Positions 26,249-35,160 of a DNA stretch of 64,000 nucleotides are shown here, one piece after another. Made by a program: the position numbers and the translations under genes. Source of the DNA: an uncultured Christensenella sp. (lineage in GTDB: Bacteria; Bacillota; Clostridia; Christensenellales; UBA1242); assembly GCA_949287685.1 (NCBI GenBank), contig CASEHF010000001.1:880-64879 (forward strand), written 5' to 3'. The notes under the pieces were generated by a model. The model had not been told where the DNA came from. It saw only the letters and a program-made list of their open reading frames with translations, and made no database searches. How positions within the stretch are numbered: the first letter of the stretch is position 1; each line of letters begins with the position of its first letter.

Positions 26249-28261
26249 ATGAAAAAAATTTCAAAAGGAAAAACAGGACTACTGATTGCTTGCTTAGGCG
26301 TTTTTGCTTTGGCGATGATTTTGCCTGCATTTTTGTTTAGTTCTAGAGCGGCAGTCGATGCCTTTACGAGCGTGAGTAGTTCAAACGCAGTCGAGGTCGG
26401 TCAACTGTGGGACAGCACAAACAAGACCTTTGAAATAGGCACTATGAGGACACTGCTTAGTTACATATCGACCGATGGCACTCTCGAGAGAATCAACACT
26501 AATAACCAAAATGCCGAAAATATTCGCGGTTACACATTTGGCGGTAAAATAAACGGACAAGCAGTGGTTGTTAACCTCGGTGGCTACAAGTGGCAGGTAG
26601 TGTACCTCACAAAAGACAATTATGGTAACCGTATCGCCACCCTCTTAATGACAAATAACGATGGCACTACAACCTACGGTAATAGCAGCTCAAATTATGG
26701 TGGTAGTAGTTTTACTAGTGGTTTTCCTACCAGTATGTATGGTACTAGCCACATTCGAGCAGTTACTCTAAACAATGGTGGGGCATATGTAAATATTACG
26801 AGTAATAGTTCAAACCCCAGTTCTGTAACTAATGCAGGTAGTCCTTCTACTTCACATCAATACGCACTCTATACAGCCCCTTCGTTGGGCTTAACTCAGT
26901 ATTTGGTGCAGCCTAATAATGTATGGTATCAAAAAGAGCCTCAATTGCTCGGCGCTGATAACCCAATAGGCTATACCCTAAACAACGAATCTCTATCTAC
27001 TAATATAACAACTGGCTGGAACAGTGATAACCCCTCACAGTACTCATACCAAACCAAAGCGTACTATACCCAATGGGGCGCAGACTACCTTTGGTTGCCT
27101 AGTATTTCGGAAACTGGTACCAGTGACTCAGATGCAGGGTTATGGGGACTATCATCTACCGAGCGCTCCGCTTCCTCTATTTGGTGGTCCCGTTCCGGTA
27201 ATTACCTTTCTTCGTACTATGTCTACTACCTGAATTCTAGCGGTTCCGGCTATGCTTACAACAGTGTGAACTATAGCTACGGCGTCCGCCCCGCGCTTCA
27301 CTTAAATCTTGACTCTGCCGCGCTCCGCGCGGCTCAAGATGCGGTCTCCACAACCTTGGATGGGAATGTGTCAGTGACCGCCACATACTCAAGTAATGAA
27401 AATGGGGCAGAGGATGTAGTTACTCTAACATTTAGTCCAAAAAACCCGAATGTTTCAAAAATCAGTCTAGCAATTGACTCGAACCCTATAATAATTAGCG
27501 CGAGCGAAGCGAGCGCTCAAATATTTATCAATGCAGACAATAAGTACCAATACAAGTGTTATAATGATGAAAATGGCTCAATCGTGCTAATTATTCGCGC
27601 GATTATGCAAGATATAAATGTCACAGCCACGAGCGTGGGGGTAAATGCCTCCGTTGCGGGCGGTAGCGGCACGATTGAATCATATAGAGAGGGTGATGTA
27701 CTGTATGTGATTGCGCACCCCGCAACAGGACAGTATGTAAACACTATTACAATCGACAATGCGACCATTACACCGACTTATTACAAGGCGCAAATTTACG
27801 GCGCTGGAAATGCCATAAATGTGCGTTATACTGCTATGGATGCCTCGAATTTGTTCGTACTGGAGTTTGAAAAACTGTTTGCTAGCACGACCGTAGTCTT
27901 TAACCTCTCTACGGTGCTGCCTGACTACGAGGTGCCGCCTACTGTTAATGGCGGCGGCGGAGTGGGGATAGTCGGTACAGTGGCGGCTGCGACCTCTGGA
28001 GGCGAGGTGCGTATGGTCGGTAACGACATTGCAAACGGCGCCGACACGGACACGGTTACCTTTATCGCGGTAGCGTATTCGGGGTACCGTTTTGTAGGTT
28101 GGGTCAATGCAAATGATGAGGATGAGAGTTTTGGGAATTCGGACACTATCAGCCTCACAAAAGAGCAGGTAAACGGCAAGGTTATCAAAGCCGTGTTTGA
28201 AAAAACCGATACCGAATACACCACAAATGGCGAGACAAATAACCAAGATGAAATAGTGTAA
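26249..28261 (+). CDS. large secreted/anchored surface protein (DUF6273-like central motif, C-terminal InlB-B-repeat-like modules)
   Basis: The preferred start is 26249 (GAGGT RBS; MKKISKGKTGLLIACLGVFALAMILPAFLF is a signal/anchor), whereas the track start is 26165. The segment WWSRSGN...YGVRPALHLNL resembles DUF6273. The C-terminus ...VAYSGYRFVGWVN...KVIKAVFEK is B-repeat-like. Confidence 0.75.
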   Translation: MKKISKGKTGLLIACLGVFALAMILPAFLFSSRAAVDAFTSVSSSNAVEVGQLWDSTNKTFEIGTMRTLLSYISTDGTLERINTNNQNAENIRGYTFGGKINGQAVVVNLGGYKWQVVYLTKDNYGNRIATLLMTNNDGTTTYGNSSSNYGGSSFTSGFPTSMYGTSHIRAVTLNNGGAYVNITSNSSNPSSVTNAGSPSTSHQYALYTAPSLGLTQYLVQPNNVWYQKEPQLLGADNPIGYTLNNESLSTNITTGWNSDNPSQYSYQTKAYYTQWGADYLWLPSISETGTSDSDAGLWGLSSTERSASSIWWSRSGNYLSSYYVYYLNSSGSGYAYNSVNYSYGVRPALHLNLDSAALRAAQDAVSTTLDGNVSVTATYSSNENGAEDVVTLTFSPKNPNVSKISLAIDSNPIIISASEASAQIFINADNKYQYKCYNDENGSIVLIIRAIMQDINVTATSVGVNASVAGGSGTIESYREGDVLYVIAHPATGQYVNTITIDNATITPTYYKAQIYGAGNAINVRYTAMDASNLFVLEFEKLFASTTVVFNLSTVLPDYEVPPTVNGGGGVGIVGTVAAATSGGEVRMVGNDIANGADTDTVTFIAVAYSGYRFVGWVNANDEDESFGNSDTISLTKEQVNGKVIKAVFEKTDTEYTTNGETNNQDEIV

Positions 28262-28266
28262 ATATA

Positions 28267-28410
28267 AAGAGGAATAGATCCTTCGTCTAAAGGCTCCGTA
28301 AGCAGGGCTCAGGATGACCAGTGCTTTAAAAGTACGGCGTTTACGACTATGCACTACTTATCGGCCGTGCGCCTTCGCACTGTCTACGCGCCGCATCTAT
28401 TCCGCTTTAA
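28267..28410. repeat. mosaic repeat cluster R5 (inverted Y unit plus forward W-like unit)
   Basis: AAGAGGAATAGATCCTTCGTCTAAAGGCTCCGTAAGCAGGGCTCAGGATGAC ... GTGCGCCTTCGCACTGTCTACGCGCCGCATCTATTCCGCTTTAA. It begins 6 nt after the stop at 28261. Confidence 0.75.
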
Positions 28411-28591
28411 TCATTAAATTAGATATATTTAGACAAAATCAACTATAATTTAGATATAAAAAAGCCGAGTTTAGCATTATTAGCCCTCAAAACATTTGCT
28501 AAATCTCGGTTTTTCCTTTATAATATAACTTATCGTAAATATTTCCGCTCACACGCAACTACTTCGCGAGGGCGGAGCGATACTATTCAAC

Positions 28592-29275
28592 TTGGAGGAA
28601 CGGCTCTTGGGTATTCTAAATATATTTTTTTCTAATCTCGATGCGGCGCATATCTTTATACTGCTGGGCGCGTGGCTAATTGCGATTGTGGTGGCGATTG
28701 TGTGCCACGAGTGCGCACATAGTTTTGTAGCGGTGAAAATGGGCGATATGACCCCGAAATACGCGGGGAGGCTTTCGCTCAATCCCGCCAGACACTTCGA
28801 TGCGCTGGGGTTTGTGTTTTTGGTTATTCTAGGATTCGGCTGGGCAAAGCCAGTCCCCATAAACCCTAACAACTTCCGTAATGTAAAAAAAGGCGAGATA
28901 CTCGTGTCCCTTGCGGGAATTGTGACAAACTTTATACTGTGCATTATCTTTACCGTTTGTGCTGCGCTCTGCTTTTTGTACCTCGATAGCAGCGTGCTAT
29001 TCTATTACTTCTTGCAGTATGTTTTCTACTTTTTAGCGGCGACAAACTTGTGTTTTGCGGTGTTTAATCTGCTGCCGCTTTACCCGCTAGATGGCTTCAA
29101 CCTAATTCGTGCTTTCTGCCGCTATGACAACAAATTTATTCAATTTATGTACAAGTGGAGTTTCCTCATTATGCTAGTTTTGTTGATTTCGGGCTTGTTT
29201 GGTTGGATAATTTCATTGTTTACCGATGCTGTAATTGGTGGAATTTTCGGTCTGTTTAACATTAATCTAATTTGA
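28592..29275 (+). CDS. site-2 protease family (M50) membrane metalloprotease
   Basis: The HExxH motif lies in a TM segment (IVCHECAHSFVAVKMGD), followed by NPARHFD and a downstream NLLPLYPLDGF motif. TTG start as in the track. Confidence 0.85.
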   Translation: MEERLLGILNIFFSNLDAAHIFILLGAWLIAIVVAIVCHECAHSFVAVKMGDMTPKYAGRLSLNPARHFDALGFVFLVILGFGWAKPVPINPNNFRNVKKGEILVSLAGIVTNFILCIIFTVCAALCFLYLDSSVLFYYFLQYVFYFLAATNLCFAVFNLLPLYPLDGFNLIRAFCRYDNKFIQFMYKWSFLIMLVLLISGLFGWIISLFTDAVIGGIFGLFNINLI

Positions 29276-29302
29276 ATGCCCTAATATAAGTGGCAAAGAG
29301 TA

Positions 29303-29575
29303 CTGGGCTGGCGCGGTGCGAAGCCGCACACGCAATAAGAAAGTGCAAGTCATACCAACAATAAAATAGTACAAAGCCGTACCTGCAGTACTTTAAAAGT
29401 CTGTCATCCTGAGCGCTCCCCGCGCAAGCCCCTTGACGAAGGATCTATTCCGCTTAAAACATTCTAGACTAACCATAGACAATCATTCAAAGTGCTTAGA
29501 TTATTTAATATGTATCTTATCGGGAGTGCGCCCACGCACCGCCTTCGCACTGCACCTATGCACCGCGCCACTTAA
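29303..29575 (+). repeat. mosaic repeat cluster R6
   Basis: GGGCTGGCGCG.. (start of module A), ..TTTAAAAGTCTGTCATCCTGAGCGCTCCCCGCGCAAGCCCCTTGACGAAGGATCTATTCCGCTTAA (Y), then a W-like ..TATCGGGAGTGCGCCCACGCACCGCCTTCGCACTGCACC.. Confidence 0.8.
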
Positions 29576-29599
29576 CAAAAAACCAAAAAAGGAGTACAA

Positions 29600-30442
29600 A
29601 TGGAAAAGGAAAATCTCGACCTCGGAGACTTTGAGGGGGTGAAAGAGAACCTCGACCTCGAGGGACTTACTCAAGATGATGTGTCTGAAGTCAGCGAAAT
29701 GGTCTTTTACTTCGACAACCACGAGGGTCCGCTCGATGTATTGTGGCGGCTCGTAAAATCGACCAAACTCGACATAAAGGATGTCAAAATCGCGGACATC
29801 ACGGGACAGTATCTCGAATATGTGCGCACGCTAAAAAATATCGATATGGAGTCTATGAGTTGGTTTATTCGCGAGGCGGCGAAGTTGCTGGAAATCAAGT
29901 CTACGAGCCTACTGCCAAAGCCCGAGACCGATGATGACACCGAGGAAATCGATATGGAGGCTCTCTACAAGCGCCGTATGGAACTATATAGACTCTTTAA
30001 AGAGACCAGTGAGAACTTAGCGACATATGAGAATACGGATAGGTTCTACAAAGAGCCCGACAAGTCCGCAAACGACTATCGCATAGTATTAAAAAATATG
30101 AATATGCAGAATCTAGTCGATGCATTTAGCAAACTGCTTATGCGAATTGAGCAGAAAGCGGCGCCCATTCAGGAGCGCAAGATTCAAAAGGACCGCTTTA
30201 CTGTCCACGATTGTTTTGAGAATATTCAGCACAAACTCGATACCAACAAAAAAATGCACTTTAAGGAGTTGTTTGCTAGCGACTTTACGCGTAGCGAGAT
30301 AATTAACACCTTTTTGGCGCTATTGGAATTACTAAAGCGCCAGTTTGTGACTGTCGAGCAGGATACGATTTTCGGGGACATTTGTATCGAGAAAAAAGAG
30401 GGAGGTGAGGTAAGTGGAGATGAATTTACCGAGTATAATTGA
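29600..30442 (+). CDS. scpA: segregation and condensation protein A
   Basis: GPLDVLWRLVKSTKLDIKDVKIADITGQYLEYV is the canonical ScpA N-terminal motif. The gene is followed by scpB. Confidence 0.9.
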   Translation: MEKENLDLGDFEGVKENLDLEGLTQDDVSEVSEMVFYFDNHEGPLDVLWRLVKSTKLDIKDVKIADITGQYLEYVRTLKNIDMESMSWFIREAAKLLEIKSTSLLPKPETDDDTEEIDMEALYKRRMELYRLFKETSENLATYENTDRFYKEPDKSANDYRIVLKNMNMQNLVDAFSKLLMRIEQKAAPIQERKIQKDRFTVHDCFENIQHKLDTNKKMHFKELFASDFTRSEIINTFLALLELLKRQFVTVEQDTIFGDICIEKKEGGEVSGDEFTEYN

Positions 30443-31049
30443 GGGTATACTATTTGTAGCGGGGAATGGCGTGAGTGTCGCCGAAATCGCCGAAAAACTC
30501 GAGGTTTCTGAGGATGCCGTTATGGAGGCGTTTAACACCCTAAAGGAGACTAAGTACAATGAGGCTAGTGGAATAAACCTCATTCATTACAAAGACAAGA
30601 TTCAACTCTGCTCCAACCCCGAGATTTCGGAGGATATCGCGGTTGTTCTTAACCCGATTCGCGAGAGAGCGCTAACTAAAACGGCGCTCGAGACCGTGGC
30701 AATTATTGCCTATCAGCAGCCTATTACGAGGCTCGAGATTGAGAACATACGCGGGGTGAGTAGCGACTACGCGATTCAACTCCTGCTCACGCACAACTTA
30801 ATCGAGGTCGTGGGGCGAAAAGATGTCGTGGGCAAGCCCTTGCTATTTGGCACGACTGAAGAGTTTTTAAAGCGGTTTGAACTCGAGAGCCTCGACCAAC
30901 TACCAAAGTACGAGGAGTTGCTCGCGCAAATCAAAGTGCTAAACGAGGGTATGGATAACGAATCTATCTACAACGAATTTGAGGTGGTCCCTTTGGATGA
31001 GGAGGGCGATGCCGAGGCGGAACTCCTCAAACAGCAGGCCGCCGAGTAA
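30414..31049 (+). CDS. scpB: segregation and condensation protein B
   Basis: IIEGILFVAG..VSVAEIAEKL... LETVAIIAYQQPITRLEIENIRGV..LIEVVGRKDVVGKPLLFGTTEEFLKRF is canonical ScpB. Confidence 0.9.
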   Translation: MEMNLPSIIEGILFVAGNGVSVAEIAEKLEVSEDAVMEAFNTLKETKYNEASGINLIHYKDKIQLCSNPEISEDIAVVLNPIRERALTKTALETVAIIAYQQPITRLEIENIRGVSSDYAIQLLLTHNLIEVVGRKDVVGKPLLFGTTEEFLKRFELESLDQLPKYEELLAQIKVLNEGMDNESIYNEFEVVPLDEEGDAEAELLKQQAAE

Positions 31050-31155
31050 AAATAAAAAAGGGAATAATTCATTCCTTTTTATTTTTTACGCACAAACTTA
31101 GTAAAAAGTTGTAAAATGTGCGTATTTTTTTATTTTTTTCTCAAATAATAGGCGT

Positions 31156-31743
31156 ATGCAAGCCATATTTACCCTTATTATAATCGCGGGGGCGGTGGTG
31201 CTATTCCTGCTACTCCCGATATTTTTTAGTGTCAGTATCTACATCAATGCGCTAGAAAATACGGGGGTCGTGCTACTTTCCGCCTTTGGTATCACGCTAG
31301 TATGTTTTAGAGTGAAACTAAACAAAACGGCACTAACTATCATTAGGCGCAAAGGCAAGGAAAAGGACATTCCGCTAAACCCGATTGACAAACACGCGTT
31401 GTTTTTCGAGTATTTTATTAAGTGTATGTTCCGTTATACGATTTTTCGCCACATTACGCTTTTTCTGTCCCTCGGGCGCAAAAACGATGCGACTGCTACA
31501 GCGCTAATGTGCGGAATAGGTGTTTCGGCAGTCGATAGCATTTTTGCGGCGTTGCTAACTAAAAAAGGAGCAGTGCGTGGGTACGCTAGTGTCGAGCCAG
31601 AATTTAATTGTGACACATTTTCTGGTATCGGCAAGACTAGCGTTGTGTTTAACTTGCTAATTATTTTATCTAGCCTAATCAGGGCAAAACGATTAACAAA
31701 GAGGTGGTTATATGTCTATGAAAGATTTGGAAAACGAGCCTAA
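31156..31743 (+). CDS. YtfI-like (DUF2953) membrane protein
   Basis: N-terminal TM segment, size and position directly upstream of (and overlapping) ytfJ, as in the ytfI-ytfJ pair of spore formers. The family call rests mainly on context. Confidence 0.45.
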   Translation: MQAIFTLIIIAGAVVLFLLLPIFFSVSIYINALENTGVVLLSAFGITLVCFRVKLNKTALTIIRRKGKEKDIPLNPIDKHALFFEYFIKCMFRYTIFRHITLFLSLGRKNDATATALMCGIGVSAVDSIFAALLTKKGAVRGYASVEPEFNCDTFSGIGKTSVVFNLLIILSSLIRAKRLTKRWLYVYERFGKRA

Positions 31744-32143
31744 CCCAATCGCTGGGTTGGTATCTGAGGCAATGCAGAGTATCAAGACTATGGTCGATAT
31801 GGATACAATTGTCGGCAGCGCCTTGGAAATGGGGAATGGGGTCGTGTGTTACCCTATTATAAAAATAACTATAGGCATAGTCTCAGGGGGTGGACAGTAC
31901 GCAAATAAAATGATTGTCCGCAAACTGAATGGCAATTACCCCTTCGCTGGGGGATTAGGTACTGGCTTTACGGCGGAGCCTATGGGCTTTTTGATTGTAA
32001 ACAACGGCGAGCATCAGTTAATTACCATTCAAAATAAAAACGCGTGGGCAAATGTTATGGAAAAGGTGGGTGACTCCCTGGGTGAGTATCTCAAAAATAT
32101 CAGTAAAAAGGAATTAAAAAAGAGCAAAGAGAGGGAAAAATGA
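31712..32143 (+). CDS. ytfJ: GerW/YtfJ-family sporulation protein
   Basis: GAGGTGG RBS. The sequence IKTMVDMDTIVGSALEMGNGVVCYPIIKITIGIVSGGGQY...FAGGLGTGFTAEPMGFLIV matches the YtfJ/GerW pattern. Confidence 0.8.
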   Translation: MSMKDLENEPNPIAGLVSEAMQSIKTMVDMDTIVGSALEMGNGVVCYPIIKITIGIVSGGGQYANKMIVRKLNGNYPFAGGLGTGFTAEPMGFLIVNNGEHQLITIQNKNAWANVMEKVGDSLGEYLKNISKKELKKSKEREK

Positions 32144-33297
32144 GAAAAATTTTCTTTTTGTCAATGTTTGTGCTATGTGTAGCGCTGATGAGTTTTTTTA
32201 GGAGCGATTTGAATGTCTCAGCGATTGCGGACACGCTCCCCGATGCTTCGATTCCTGCGACCACGAGCGCTGCGAGTGCGTATGTATTCGATGCAGGGAG
32301 CGGGAGGGTGTTTTTCGAGAAAAATGCCGACACTGAGCGCCCTATGGCTAGTACTACTAAAATCGCCACCGCTATTACCGTAATAGATAATTGCCAGGAC
32401 CTCGACAGTATCGTTAAGATAGACAAGCGCGCAGTCGGTATCGAGGGTACGAGTATATATCTGCGCACGGGCGAGGAACTAACTGTTCGCGAACTGTTGT
32501 ATGGCTTAATGCTCCGCAGTGGAAACGATGCTGCGGTTGCTCTAGCACTGTATACCGCTGGTAGCATTGAGGACTTTGCCGCCCTTATGAATGAAACGGC
32601 GAAAAAGGCAGGGGCAGAGCATACGAATTTTAAAAACCCGCACGGACTCGATGACCCCGAGCATTACACGACCGCAAAGGACCTCGCCAAAATCACCGCT
32701 TACGCCCTAGAAAACGAGGACTTTAAACAAATTGTGTCGACCAAGAATATAAAGATTAATGGGGTCGAGGGCGAGCGCTTTTTGGCGAATAAAAATCGCC
32801 TCCTTTCGAGTTTTGATGGTTGTATCGGTGTAAAGACTGGATATACTAGCAAGGCTGGTAGGTGCCTAGTCAGTGCCGCTGAGCGTGATAATCTCCGCGT
32901 GGTGTGTGTAGTCCTAAACTGCGGGCCTATGTTTGAGGAAAGCGCCGCAATGCTCGCTTCGGTTTACGAAAATTATGCAAGTTATGAGATTTTAGCGCCA
33001 TATCAGTACATTCGCGATATACCAGTTGAGAATGGCGAGGTGCCTAGCATTGAGGTGTACTCCCGCACGGGGCTAAGACTCACCCTCACAAATGAGGAGC
33101 ACGCAGGCATAAATATCGAGTATGATTTGCCCGAAAAGTTGACTGCACCCGTAAAATCGAACGAAGTTGTGGGAGAAGTCAAAGTTTATAGTGGTAAACA
33201 CTTGATTTTTAGTGAAAAAATATATACAATTAATGAGATAGACTCCAAATTGTTAAAAGACAAGGTCAAGGACATTATCGACCGCTGGGGTGTATGA
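32140..33297 (+). CDS. D-alanyl-D-alanine carboxypeptidase (S11, PBP5/DacB-type)
   Basis: Signal peptide plus the SxxK (ASTTK), SxN (RSGND) and KTG (VKTGYT) active-site motifs. Confidence 0.9.
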   Translation: MRKIFFLSMFVLCVALMSFFRSDLNVSAIADTLPDASIPATTSAASAYVFDAGSGRVFFEKNADTERPMASTTKIATAITVIDNCQDLDSIVKIDKRAVGIEGTSIYLRTGEELTVRELLYGLMLRSGNDAAVALALYTAGSIEDFAALMNETAKKAGAEHTNFKNPHGLDDPEHYTTAKDLAKITAYALENEDFKQIVSTKNIKINGVEGERFLANKNRLLSSFDGCIGVKTGYTSKAGRCLVSAAERDNLRVVCVVLNCGPMFEESAAMLASVYENYASYEILAPYQYIRDIPVENGEVPSIEVYSRTGLRLTLTNEEHAGINIEYDLPEKLTAPVKSNEVVGEVKVYSGKHLIFSEKIYTINEIDSKLLKDKVKDIIDRWGV

Positions 33298-33317
33298 CTT
33301 ACAGAAGGACAAGTTTT

Positions 33318-34025
33318 ATGAGATTAAACAAGTTTATGGCAATGTCGGGCGTGGACAGCAGGCGCAAGTGCGATGAGATTATCGCGAGCGGGCGCGTGCG
33401 TGTAAATGCACGGGTTGTCAAAAAATTAGGCACACAAGTAAATCCAAATCGCGATATCGTAACGGTGGATAATAAACCTATTCGCATTAAAGGTGGCTTT
33501 GTCTACTTAATGCTAAATAAACCCCTAGGTACTGTTACGACCCTACGCGACCCTCAGCACAGGCGCACCGTAATGGACTGTCTGCCACGGTTAAACCAAC
33601 GCGTTTACCCAGTCGGGAGACTAGACTATAACACGAGTGGGCTTTTGCTGTTTACAAACGATGGCGATACCGCGCAGAAATTGATTCACCCGAGTTTTGA
33701 GATTGACAAGAAGTATTTAGTCACCATTTCAGGCGCTCTCAGTGATAGGGAAATTAGTACATTGTGCAGTGGTGTCGACATTGGCGGTTTTGTCACTAGC
33801 CCCGCCACCGTTACACTACATAGTACCGCACACGGTCAGGTTACCTATGAGGTAGTGATTCACGAGGGCAAGAATAGACAAATCCGCAAGATGTTCGATA
33901 GCATTAACAGACCCGTGATTGCGCTAAAACGCATTGAGTTCGGCAAACTATTCCTTGGAGATTTGCCCGTTGGGCATACTCGCGCACTCACAAAAGATGA
34001 AATAAAATACATCACCTCATTATAG
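33318..34025 (+). CDS. rluB: pseudouridine synthase, RluB/RsuA family
   Basis: The preferred start is 33318 (MRLNKFMAMSGVDSRRKCDEII.., an S4 domain). The catalytic motif is GRLDYNTSGLLLFTNDG. The track start is 33294. Confidence 0.85.
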   Translation: MRLNKFMAMSGVDSRRKCDEIIASGRVRVNARVVKKLGTQVNPNRDIVTVDNKPIRIKGGFVYLMLNKPLGTVTTLRDPQHRRTVMDCLPRLNQRVYPVGRLDYNTSGLLLFTNDGDTAQKLIHPSFEIDKKYLVTISGALSDREISTLCSGVDIGGFVTSPATVTLHSTAHGQVTYEVVIHEGKNRQIRKMFDSINRPVIALKRIEFGKLFLGDLPVGHTRALTKDEIKYITSL

Positions 34026-34033
34026 GAGGCATT

Positions 34034-34918
34034 ATGACTGTTTTTTATAGAATACTATGGTGCATTGTCGCACCCTTTGTGCGCCTGCTTTTCCCTACAC
34101 GCGTAATCGGGAGGGAGAATGTACCAAAAGACAAGGCAATACTTGTATGCAATCACCGCTCCGCTATGGATATCGTGCTGATTGACTGCTGTAGAGTCAA
34201 GCGCCCCTATGTCTTAGCAAAGCATACACTCTTTAAGGGGAAGGTCGCTAGCGCGTTTTTTAAATCGCTCGGCGCGATTCCTGTAAATAGGCAGGAGGTT
34301 AGTACGAAGACTATTCGTACGGCGCTTAAAATTCTCGAGGAGGACAACCACCTTATTCTTTTCCCCGAAGGCACTAGAAAAGCTTCACTCGATGAAACGG
34401 CAGCCCTAAAGAACGGTATGGCGTTGTTTGCGTTAAAGGCTAACGCGCCAATTGTGCCTATGTATCTAGCGAAAAAGCCAGTGCCATTTGTGTTTAATAA
34501 ACTTTTTATCGGTTCGCCCCTCTATTTTAGCGAGTATGCGGGTAAACGCCACACAAAGGATACTTTAGCCGAGGTTAGCGCTATGGTTTTGGATGCAATG
34601 CAGAGGTTGCGCACCGATTATGAGGCGAGTCTAACCCCGAAACAGCGCGAAAGACTGGAGAAAAAGACCAAGCGTGAGATTGAAAAGGACAAAGTTCGCC
34701 TCGCAAAAAAGTTCGAAAAAACTGGTATACCTGTTTTCGAGGTGGAGAAAAAGTCCGAGCTTTTGGAAACCTTGGCTGAAATGGAGGAGCGCAAGGAGCG
34801 CGAGGAATTATTAAATACCGCTGCATCCGCGGGGGCGGGTGTTAGTGCGGAAAAATTGCCAAATTCACCATTTGTACGCTCGAGTTTTATCTCGACAGAT
34901 AAGGAAACAAGTGAATAA
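34034..34918 (+). CDS. plsC: 1-acyl-sn-glycerol-3-phosphate acyltransferase with a charged C-terminal extension
   Basis: HX4D motif (CNHRSAMD) and FPEGTR motif. The last roughly 90 aa are a Lys/Glu-rich tail. Confidence 0.8.
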   Translation: MTVFYRILWCIVAPFVRLLFPTRVIGRENVPKDKAILVCNHRSAMDIVLIDCCRVKRPYVLAKHTLFKGKVASAFFKSLGAIPVNRQEVSTKTIRTALKILEEDNHLILFPEGTRKASLDETAALKNGMALFALKANAPIVPMYLAKKPVPFVFNKLFIGSPLYFSEYAGKRHTKDTLAEVSAMVLDAMQRLRTDYEASLTPKQRERLEKKTKREIEKDKVRLAKKFEKTGIPVFEVEKKSELLETLAEMEERKEREELLNTAASAGAGVSAEKLPNSPFVRSSFISTDKETSE

Positions 34919-35004
34919 GAATAAAAGTGCTTAAATTTTATATAATTATAGGGCCGCATATTATAAAACCCTATATGTATGGCTAATAGATTTATAAAAA
35001 TCAG

Positions 35005-35033
35005 TTGAAAAATAATTTCATTTATGGTAATAT
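35005..35033 (+). promoter_or_regulatory. promoter of tRNA-Thr
   Basis: TTGAAA (35005-35010), a 17-nt spacer ending TGG, then TAATAT (35028-35033). It lies about 30 nt upstream of the tRNA. Confidence 0.5.
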
Positions 35034-35063
35034 ATATTCACAACTAAAAACATATTACCATAT

Positions 35064-35139
35064 GCTACTGTGGCTCAGTTGGGAGAGCAGTTGATTCGTA
35101 ATCAACAGGTCGCGGGTTCGAGTCCCGCCAGTAGCTCCA
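35064..35139 (+). tRNA. tRNA-Thr (anticodon CGU), CCA encoded
   Basis: Cloverleaf by hand: acceptor GCTACTG/CAGTAGC, D arm GCTC-AGTTGGG-AGAGC, anticodon stem GTTGA/TCAAC with loop TTCGTAA, T arm GCGGG-TTCGAGT-CCCGC, then TCCA. Confidence 0.9.
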
Positions 35140-35160
35140 ATAAAAGTAATTTATATTCTA

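Noticed and set aside
27680-28354. A 224-aa minus-strand ORF overlapping the 3' end of the surface protein gene and running into repeat cluster R5. Also 27925..28224- and 27559..27768-.
   Set aside because: It is antisense to a well-supported gene with recognisable domains. Its 5' part is made of repeat sequence and its composition is Arg/Cys-rich and junk-like.
29433-29722. ORFs 29433..29642+ and 29501..29722-, and similarly 36436..36627-, 36711..36938- and 24209..24508-, lying across the mosaic repeats and promoter regions.
   Set aside because: Their reading frames are generated by the repeat modules (for example MTKDLFRLK comes from GACGAAGGATCTATTCCGCTTAA). There is no RBS, and the same pseudo-peptides recur wherever the repeat occurs.
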